Virus record (IMG/VR): IMGVR_UViG_3300045136_000429
DNA from: a virus
Length of the DNA: 37,322 bases
Direction: 5' to 3' (one strand)
Shown here: one piece after another, positions 31,421-37,322 of the stretch
How positions within the stretch are numbered: position 1 is the stretch's first letter
How the letters are laid out: each line of letters begins with the position of its first letter
Made by a program: the position numbers and the translations under genes
The notes under the pieces: generated by a model
Seen by the model: only the letters and a program-made list of their open reading frames with translations
What the model was told of the DNA's origin: nothing
Database searches by the model: none

Positions 31421-31672
31421 ATGGGGAGAAAGGCATTGGTCATGGGAAAGCCGGTAACGCAGACGACGGAGCGAGTGGCTCGCGCGACGATCGACAGCGT
31501 CTCGAAGAACGCTCTGGCGGACCTTGTGATCGATCTGCTGCGGCAGCACGCCGGAAACGAGAACCTCGACGGAGAGGAACTGGCGCAGGCGTTCGTGGAG
31601 GCGTTCGCGCCGATCGCAATCGCCCGCGGCGACCGGCCGGCGAAGGTCTGGAAGCCCAAGGGAGAGCGATGA
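31421..31672 (+). CDS. Hypothetical early protein (83 aa; alternative start at 31442)
   Basis: First ORF after the PR-like promoter. GGAGAA lies before the ATG at 31442. High GC3. Confidence 0.55.
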   Translation: MGRKALVMGKPVTQTTERVARATIDSVSKNALADLVIDLLRQHAGNENLDGEELAQAFVEAFAPIAIARGDRPAKVWKPKGER

Positions 31673-31714
31673 CCAACGCATCGAACAGGTCGAACCCACG
31701 CAGACCGCCCGAGC

Positions 31715-31876
31715 ATGAAGGCACCGCGACGTTTGTACCTGGTCCTCTGCGACGGCTACGACCTCGTCGACGCGTTCGGCGACGTCACCGAGATCAAGGC
31801 CCCGAACCTCAGCGCCGCGGAGGCGATGGCGGCGGACATGGGGTGCAGGGTCATCGGCCGGACGGTGGCCCCGTGA
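31715..31876 (+). CDS. Hypothetical early protein (53 aa), absent from the ORF track
   Basis: Hand translation gives MKAPRRLYLVLCDGYDLVDAFGDVTEIKAPNLSAAEAMAADMGCRVIGRTVAP with very high GC3. GTGA overlap with the next gene. The tracked frame (31669 onward) is Arg/Gly-rich nonsense here. Confidence 0.5.
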   Translation: MKAPRRLYLVLCDGYDLVDAFGDVTEIKAPNLSAAEAMAADMGCRVIGRTVAP

Positions 31877-32412
31877 GCGCCGTCGACGCGACCGCGAGCA
31901 CCTTGCCCGCGCCGCCCGAGAGCGGCGAGGTGGCGACCGCCGCGACGGCGCTGGAGTGGGCGCTCGTCGACGCGGCGCTGCGCGAGGGCAACGCCCTGTA
32001 CTTCGCTCGCGAGGTGCACGCCGAGAATCGGCTGCTCGTCGCGGCGCTAGAGCGGATCCGGGACAGCAAGCACCTCGGGCCGGCGGAGCTGCGCTACATC
32101 GCGGCCGCGGCGCTGCTGGGGGGCCGGGAGATGATCCCCGCGAACCCGACGGACGACATGCCGAGCGTCGAGGAGTCGTGCGACATCGGCGGGTGCCGCG
32201 AGCCGTGGGCGTGGGAGGTGGACCGTGCGCACGGCCCGCGCAAGCTGCGGCTCTGCGAGGGGCACGCGGATCGGTGGCTGCGGGCAGAGCGCGACCTTGC
32301 CGCCGAGCGCGAGGAGCTCGCGGGGCGCGTGTTGGAGTTCTCGGCCCTCTTTGGTTTGGCGAACGCGATGGATGCGAGGACGTGGCGCAGCAGGGCCAGG
32401 AAAGCGGGGTGA
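31873..32412 (+). CDS. Hypothetical early protein (179 aa) with a Cys/His cluster
   Basis: GTG start coupled to the preceding stop. Contains CDIGGCREPWAW...LCEGH. Confidence 0.5.
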   Translation: MSAVDATASTLPAPPESGEVATAATALEWALVDAALREGNALYFAREVHAENRLLVAALERIRDSKHLGPAELRYIAAAALLGGREMIPANPTDDMPSVEESCDIGGCREPWAWEVDRAHGPRKLRLCEGHADRWLRAERDLAAEREELAGRVLEFSALFGLANAMDARTWRSRARKAG

Positions 32413-32484
32413 GCGATGGCGATGCAAAGCGCAGCTCGAGGCGGCGACGGAGTTGGACGGGCTGGAGAGAGAGGAGCAGACGGT

Positions 32485-33408
32485 ATGAGCACGGCGACGA
32501 ACGGACAGATGGTGGTGCATGCGGGGGAGCGCCCGGTGCTGGCGAAGGCGAGCGACCCGACGCGGGCATTCGAGCCGCGGGACATCGACGAGGGGTACGA
32601 GCTGGCGAAGCTCCTCGTGGCCTCTGGGTTGATGCCGCGTGGCGTGCAGCGGCCCGAAGCGGCGTTCGCGATCATCGCCGCGGGGCGCGAGCTCGGGCTG
32701 ACCGCGATGCAGTCGCTCCGGTCGATCCACATCGTCGAGGGCAATCCGACGCTCTCAGCGGACCTCGTCGCCGCGCTCTGCAAGAGCCGCTCGGACGTCT
32801 GCCTGTACTTCCGACTCGTCGAGAGTACCGACAAGATCGCCACGTACGAGACGCACCGGCGCGGCGAGCCAGCGCCCACGTCGATGTCCTTCACGTGGGA
32901 GGACGCGCAGCGCGCGGGCGTGACCGGGAAGGACAACTGGAAGAAGTATCCGGCGGCGATGCTGCGGGCGCGGTGCATCACGGCGCTCGCGCGCGCGGTG
33001 TACCCGGACCTCGCCATGGGCGTCTACGACCCGGACGAGGTGGCGCCCGAGCCGGTCTACGCCGGGCAGGCGGAGATCGAGAGGCCCGCGGCGCCGCCGC
33101 CGGCACCGAGGAGCGAGCCGCGCGTGGACAGCGGGACCTTCGACAAGCTTTGCGCACGCCTCGACGCGGCAGAGACGACGCAGGCGATCAACGCGATCGC
33201 GAGCGCGACGGCGAAGGCCCACAAGGCCGGGCAGATCACGGACGAGCAGCTCGAGACGCTGAAGGGCGCCGTCACGAAGAAGCGCGCCCTCGTCGGCGGA
33301 GCGAAGCCCACGCCGCCGCCGTCCGCGCCTGCGCAGGACGACGGGTCGGCGTACGACGACGCGGCAGAGGCGGAGGCTGAGGCGATGGCGTCTCAGTACG
33401 ACCAGTGA
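32485..33408 (+). CDS. recT: RecT-family single-strand annealing protein
   Basis: GLTAMQSLRSIHIVEGNPTLSADL ... WKKYPAAMLRARCITALARAVYPDLAMGVYDPDE follows the RecT pattern. GAGGAG lies before the ATG at 32485. Confidence 0.8.
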   Translation: MSTATNGQMVVHAGERPVLAKASDPTRAFEPRDIDEGYELAKLLVASGLMPRGVQRPEAAFAIIAAGRELGLTAMQSLRSIHIVEGNPTLSADLVAALCKSRSDVCLYFRLVESTDKIATYETHRRGEPAPTSMSFTWEDAQRAGVTGKDNWKKYPAAMLRARCITALARAVYPDLAMGVYDPDEVAPEPVYAGQAEIERPAAPPPAPRSEPRVDSGTFDKLCARLDAAETTQAINAIASATAKAHKAGQITDEQLETLKGAVTKKRALVGGAKPTPPPSAPAQDDGSAYDDAAEAEAEAMASQYDQ

Positions 33409-34481
33409 GGGTCACCGCGAGCAAGGTCGGCCTCCTCGCTCACTGCCAGTGGTGGGCGCGACCCGAGGCGAAGTGGGAGTACACGACGTCGGCGGCGGCG
33501 GACCGCGGAACTCGCTTCCACGACGCGATCGCTCGCTACACCGAATCGCGCGAGCGCGAGGAGGTGGCCGAGGACATCCGGGAGGAGTACGAGCACGCGT
33601 GCGCGTGGGTCGACTCGCTCGGCGTGGCGCCCGACCCGTCTCGGCTGCGGGTCGAGACGGCGTTTGCGTGGGACGCGGCGCACGACGCGGCGGAGATCAT
33701 CGGCGGCGATCGCGACTACTCGAGGGCCAACGGCCGCCTCTGCGGGACCGCCGACCTCACCCTCGTCACGACCGCCTACGGCAAGCCGATCGCGGTCACG
33801 GTCTGGGACTGGAAGACGGGCGACGGCTCCGGTGCGGGCCCGCAGCTCCGGGCGCTCGGCCTCATGGCGGCGCGCGCGTACGGCGTAGAGCAGGCGACCG
33901 TCGCGGCGCTGGAGGTCCGCAAGAGCGGCGTGACGGAGGTGGCGCGCGAAGACCTCGACGCGTTCGCGCTCGCGGGCGTCGCCGGGGAGCTCGCCGAGCA
34001 GCTCGCGGCCATCGAGGACGCGGAGCCCCAGCCGGGGAGCCACTGCGGTGAGCTGTACTGCCCGGCGCGGCTGCACTGCCCGCTCGGGACGACAGCCATC
34101 GCTCAGGTCGTGGACGTCATCCCGGCAGAGGCGATCGTGCGCCGGCCCGAGTGGCGCATCACCGACCCGATCACGACGGCGGAGCAGGCGATCCTGACGG
34201 TCGACGTGCTGCGCCTGATGGGCGCCTGGATCGACGCGAAGAAGGACGAGATCAAGGCGCTGGTCCCGCCCGATGGGTGGGCGACAGAGGACGGCCGTGT
34301 GCTGCGCGAGACAAAGGCGACGGTGCAGGCGTTTGACAAGCACAAGGTGATCGCGCTCTGCAAGCAGTTGGGCGCGACCGACGAGCAGATCGCGAGCCTT
34401 TACTACACCTTTGAGAAGAGCAACGGCCTGCGTGTGAGCGGCGGCTCGACGAGGCCGCGCACGCGGAAGAAGGCGGCTTAG
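33405..34481 (+). CDS. PD-(D/E)XK exonuclease, Cas4/RecB-like (recombination partner of RecT)
   Basis: GTADLTLV...VWDWKTG forms the D...D/E-x-K motif. An N-terminal Cys (LLAHCQWW) plus C-terminal HCGELYCPARLHCP resemble a Cas4-type four-Cys cluster. GTGA overlap with recT. Confidence 0.7.
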   Translation: MRVTASKVGLLAHCQWWARPEAKWEYTTSAAADRGTRFHDAIARYTESREREEVAEDIREEYEHACAWVDSLGVAPDPSRLRVETAFAWDAAHDAAEIIGGDRDYSRANGRLCGTADLTLVTTAYGKPIAVTVWDWKTGDGSGAGPQLRALGLMAARAYGVEQATVAALEVRKSGVTEVAREDLDAFALAGVAGELAEQLAAIEDAEPQPGSHCGELYCPARLHCPLGTTAIAQVVDVIPAEAIVRRPEWRITDPITTAEQAILTVDVLRLMGAWIDAKKDEIKALVPPDGWATEDGRVLRETKATVQAFDKHKVIALCKQLGATDEQIASLYYTFEKSNGLRVSGGSTRPRTRKKAA

Positions 34482-34484
34482 GAG

Positions 34485-34511
34485 CCCCGGGTTCGAGTCC
34501 CGGGAGAGCGC
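34485..34511 (+). other. tRNA-like 3' fragment (perfect T-arm plus a 7-nt acceptor-like strand)
   Basis: CCGGG TTCGAGT CCCGG (34487-34503), followed by GAGAGCG and then C. No matching 5' half is found nearby. Confidence 0.45.
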
Positions 34512-34525
34512 CTAGGAGGTTTGAG

Positions 34526-35029
34526 ATGACGAACCATGGCGTCGAGTGCTCGTGCCCTGCCTGCAATGCCCAGACGCGTGCCCTTGAAGCCCTTGAAGCG
34601 CAGCAGCGCACGAACGAGGTAGAGAGTCCGAGCCACGAGCTCGCGACCCTTCGCCCAGAGCCGGCGACGCCAGATGAAGGGCGCGAGAGGCTCAGGGCGA
34701 AGCTTCAGCAGCCAATTAGGCCGGGGCTCGCCGCACCGGTGCCGCCGCCGCGCTACGATGAGGTGTTTGCCGATGGCGTTGCTTGGCTCCGCGAGGCCGA
34801 GAGCGCGATCCACGAGAAGATCGAGAAGCGGGAGCCTGCCGTGGGCGCGCCCCGCCTTCGTCGCGGCGACGTCGTTCGCGTCAAGGGCTCCGCGCTAGTC
34901 GAGATCCGATACCGCCTTGGCGAGGTGCTCGACGTCGACGTCAACGGTGGAGAGGTCCTCGTCAACGTCGCGACGGCGCAAGGGCCACAGCGGTATTGGC
35001 TGTTCGTCGAGCAGGTCGAGAAGACATGA
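34526..35029 (+). CDS. Hypothetical protein with an N-terminal CxxC pair and a small C-terminal beta-domain shared with the 2290-3099 product
   Basis: Strong AGGAGG lies before the ATG. Contains ECSCPACN and RRGDVVRVKGSALVEIRYRLGEVLDVDVNGGEVLVNV. Confidence 0.65.
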   Translation: MTNHGVECSCPACNAQTRALEALEAQQRTNEVESPSHELATLRPEPATPDEGRERLRAKLQQPIRPGLAAPVPPPRYDEVFADGVAWLREAESAIHEKIEKREPAVGAPRLRRGDVVRVKGSALVEIRYRLGEVLDVDVNGGEVLVNVATAQGPQRYWLFVEQVEKT

Positions 35030-35940
35030 GCGTTGAGCGGTACGGTGGGCGCATGAGCGGTCACGTCTTCACCGCAGTCGCCCAGCCGGCGACGCAGTAC
35101 CTCGACCGCAACATTGAGCCGCCGAGGAAGTGCACGAACGACCCGCGGAGACAATTCCGCTGCTACACGCTCCCGCGGTCGTGCGGGTGTGGAGGCGTGG
35201 ATGACGGCGCGGCGTGCTGCGGGAGATGGGGCTGTGACGTGCACCGCATCGGCGAGGACACGCGCGGGCATCGCGCGAGAAAGGCGAGGAACATGACCTG
35301 GCCCCCCGACTTCTCAGGCGATGGTCTCGTCACGCTCGGCGACGCGCGCTCTTGGGCCGTCTTCTCGCCCGACGACAAGTACCGCTACCTGCTCGGCCGC
35401 ACGTGGGGCGTCGAGAACCAGACGCTCACGCCGGACGAGCCCGAGCAACTGGGCATCAGCGGCACGCTCTGCATCTGGATCATGCTCAACCCGTCGACGG
35501 CCGACCACACCGTCGACGACCCGACTATCCGCAAGTGCATCAAGTACGCGCGCACGTGGCGGATGGCCGGCATCATCGTCGCGAACCTCTTCGCGTACCG
35601 CGCGACCGATCCGCGCGAGCTCGACAAGGTCGAGGACCCGATCGGGCCGGCGAACGACTCGATCCTCTACCGTGTCACGCGGACCCCGCTGCCCGCGATC
35701 GTCGTGGGCGGATGGGGAAACAAGCTCCCGCGGCGCTTCCGCCGGCGCGGCGCGCAGCTGCACCTCGGGCGCCGCGTGCATTGCGTCGCCGTCAACAACG
35801 ACGGAAGCCCGAGGCACCCGCTCTACGTCCGCGACGACGCGCCGCTCGTCGAGCTCGGCGAGGCGATCAAGGCGAAGAAGCAGGCCGAGTGGGACGCCGA
35901 GCTCGCCCGCCGCGCGGCCACGCGAGGAGCAGCGACATGA
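35026..35940 (+). CDS. DUF1643-family protein with a Cys-rich N-terminal extension (an alternative start at 35293 would give the DUF1643 domain alone)
   Basis: FSPDDKYRYLLGRTW ... IWIMLNPSTADHTVDDPTIRKC ... NLFAYRATDP ... GPANDSIL ... GSPRHPLY is the DUF1643 pattern. The N-terminal 89 aa contain 8 Cys. AGGCGAGGA lies before the ATG at 35293. Confidence 0.7.
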   Translation: MSVERYGGRMSGHVFTAVAQPATQYLDRNIEPPRKCTNDPRRQFRCYTLPRSCGCGGVDDGAACCGRWGCDVHRIGEDTRGHRARKARNMTWPPDFSGDGLVTLGDARSWAVFSPDDKYRYLLGRTWGVENQTLTPDEPEQLGISGTLCIWIMLNPSTADHTVDDPTIRKCIKYARTWRMAGIIVANLFAYRATDPRELDKVEDPIGPANDSILYRVTRTPLPAIVVGGWGNKLPRRFRRRGAQLHLGRRVHCVAVNNDGSPRHPLYVRDDAPLVELGEAIKAKKQAEWDAELARRAATRGAAT

Positions 35941-35995
35941 GCAACGCACTACGAGACTGGGCCCGCTCACCTTCGGCGAACCACATGAGGGCCAC

Positions 35996-36583
35996 ATGAT
36001 CACCGTCACCATCCACCGCGAGACGCTGGAGCATCACCGAGCGTGCGCCGAGGGCCTCGCGCTCTACGACCAGATCGCGGCGCTCCAGCCCGAGAGCGAC
36101 ACGCGCCGTGACCGACGCATCAAGATCGCCAACTGGACGCGGCTTCATTCGATCTGGCCGTACGTGGCGGGTTACAGCGGGTTTGCGCGATGGCTGGAGG
36201 CGCAGGGGATCATTCCCCGCGCCGATTTCTCCGGCGCCGATCTCTCCCACGTCAACCTCCACGGCGCCGATCTCTCCGGCGCCAACCTCTCCTACGCCAA
36301 CCTCTCCCGCGCCAACCTCCACGGCGCCTACCTCTTCGGCGCCTACCTCTCCGGCGCCTACCTCTCCCGCGCCGATCTCTCCGGCGCCAACCTCTCCTGC
36401 GCCGATCTCTCCGGCGCCGGTCTCTCCGGCGCCGATCTCTCCGGCGCCGATCTCTCCGGCGCCAACCTCTTCCGCGCCGATCTCTCCGGCGCCTACCGAG
36501 GCGCGTCGCCCGCCATCCCCGGCTGGCGCACGCTCGCGACCGGCTATCTCGAGCGAGAGGAGGTGGGGCGTGCGGCGGAGTGA
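35996..36583 (+). CDS. Pentapeptide-repeat protein
   Basis: About 18 consecutive A(D/N)LSx pentapeptides ([28 protein letters not shown]...). The DNA is a 15-nt-periodic repeat from about 36225 to 36495. Confidence 0.8.
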   Translation: MITVTIHRETLEHHRACAEGLALYDQIAALQPESDTRRDRRIKIANWTRLHSIWPYVAGYSGFARWLEAQGIIPRADFSGADLSHVNLHGADLSGANLSYANLSRANLHGAYLFGAYLSGAYLSRADLSGANLSCADLSGAGLSGADLSGADLSGANLFRADLSGAYRGASPAIPGWRTLATGYLEREEVGRAAE

Positions 36584-36678
36584 CGAGCAACGCATGGGGG
36601 CAGGGGCAGGCGGCCCCGCTGGAGACCGTCAAGCGCTACATCGAGCAACAGCGCGGAGGGGCTTCCTCCCCGCCATGA
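36580..36678 (+). CDS. Possible small ORF (32 aa)
   Basis: GTGA overlap with the pentapeptide-repeat gene stop. High GC3, whereas the alternative frame ending at 36710 has low GC3. Confidence 0.35.
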   Translation: MTSNAWGQGQAAPLETVKRYIEQQRGGASSPP

Positions 36679-36706
36679 AGGACGGGGTTTCCGCCCTGGA
36701 ATCACG

Positions 36707-37282
36707 ATGACGCACGCCGAGCTCGTGACCTTCGCCGCGGGCTGGCTGCGCCGCACGCGCCGCCACCCGATCGTGCTCTCCGACGTCACCGTGTTCGTCA
36801 CGCACGAGCAGCCGGACGTGATCGGCTGGTCGAACAACGGCTCCTCGACGCTCATCGAGTGCAAGGCCTCGCGTAGCGACTTCCTCCGCGACGCGCGCAA
36901 GTGGTTCCGGCGCGCCTCGCACATCGGCATGGGGCAGCATCGCTGGTTCTGCGCGCCCGCCGGGCTCATCGCCGCCGACGAACTCCCGCCGCGATGGGGG
37001 CTCATCGAGCCGGTCGGCCGGCGCGTCCGCGTCGTCCGGACGGCCGAGAGCTTCTATGAGTGGAACGAGCGCGCCGAGCTGGCGCTGCTCGTCAACGCGC
37101 TCCGCCGCGCGACGGAGGGGTGGGGACGCCGGATGTTCGGCGAGATCGCGCCGCCGGCGGCCGACGGCGACCCGCACCCGACCGCGTCGAAGATCATCCG
37201 CGACCTGCGCGCGGAGAACGTTCGGCTCCGCGATCGCCTGCGGGCGCTCGAGACGGAGGCCGCGCTCGCGAGGACGACATGA
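36707..37282 (+). CDS. PD-(D/E)XK nuclease-fold protein, MmcB-like
   Basis: [26 protein letters not shown] forms the D ... E-x-K core, followed by [11 protein letters not shown]. The 3' end lies in the 127-nt terminal repeat, so on the circle it is followed by the ORF at 84. Confidence 0.6.
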   Translation: MTHAELVTFAAGWLRRTRRHPIVLSDVTVFVTHEQPDVIGWSNNGSSTLIECKASRSDFLRDARKWFRRASHIGMGQHRWFCAPAGLIAADELPPRWGLIEPVGRRVRVVRTAESFYEWNERAELALLVNALRRATEGWGRRMFGEIAPPAADGDPHPTASKIIRDLRAENVRLRDRLRALETEAALARTT

Positions 37283-37322
37283 GCCCAGCGAACGACGAGA
37301 TCCTCTACCGCGTCACGCGACG
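37196..37322. repeat. Terminal direct repeat copy 2, identical to 1-127
   Basis: Base-for-base identity read by eye. Confidence 0.9.

Larger units (their letters stand above)
1..37322. mobile_element. Complete temperate contractile-tail phage genome (Mu-like head/tail morphogenesis genes, lambda-like immunity layout), circularly permuted in this window
   Basis: Full set of integration, immunity, recombination, replication, packaging, head, tail, baseplate and lysis genes. Identical 127-nt window ends. Confidence 0.85.

Noticed and set aside
36594-36710. 38-codon ORF ([10 protein letters not shown]...) whose stop overlaps the 36707 ATG by ATGA.
   Set aside because: Its third-codon positions are unusually A/T-rich for this genome, whereas the alternative frame at 36580-36678 has high GC3. 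The ATGA overlap is probably coincidental.

Overview
The window appears to be one complete temperate tailed-phage genome. Its first 127 nt are identical to its last 127 nt, so it reads as a circular assembly of about 37,195 bp, and several genes continue across the window ends. The DNA looks very GC-rich by eye (about two-thirds to 70% G+C, not computed). As a result the ORF track is full of long antisense shadow ORFs. I chose genes by motif content, high third-position GC, Shine-Dalgarno sequences and the frequent 4-nt ATGA/GTGA/TTGA stop-start overlaps.

Layout:
1. Integration module: an attP-like region (27860-28096) containing a truncated tRNA-Lys(UUU) 5' half flanked by 30-bp direct repeats, next to a tyrosine integrase and an excisionase-like gene (minus strand).
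2. Immunity region (about 29.8-31.4 kb): a CI-like repressor and a lipoprotein gene, bracketed by two inverted copies of the same promoter-operator module (PL-like and PR-like).
3. Rightward early operon (31421 through the window end to 3580): RecT, a Cas4/RecB-like nuclease, DUF1643, a pentapeptide-repeat protein, an MmcB-like PD-(D/E)XK nuclease, a frameshifted C5 DNA methyltransferase and an ASCH protein.
4. Minus-strand replication module (27802-25544): an initiator with an internal ori-like repeat cluster, a DnaC-like loader and RusA.
5. Minus-strand late region (24870-3546) with Mu-like morphogenesis genes: terminase, portal, protease, scaffold, capsid, sheath, tube, a -1 frameshifted chaperone, tape measure, baseplate, fibres and a lysis cassette.

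The most unusual signal is an invariant 17-nt motif, GTGACGCCTTCTTTTGT on the coding strand. It occurs exactly five times, always between late-gene modules, usually supplying the upstream gene's TGA stop and lying 8-22 nt before the next start codon. I do not recognise it as a described element.

All family assignments come from reading motifs by eye. No database search was run.
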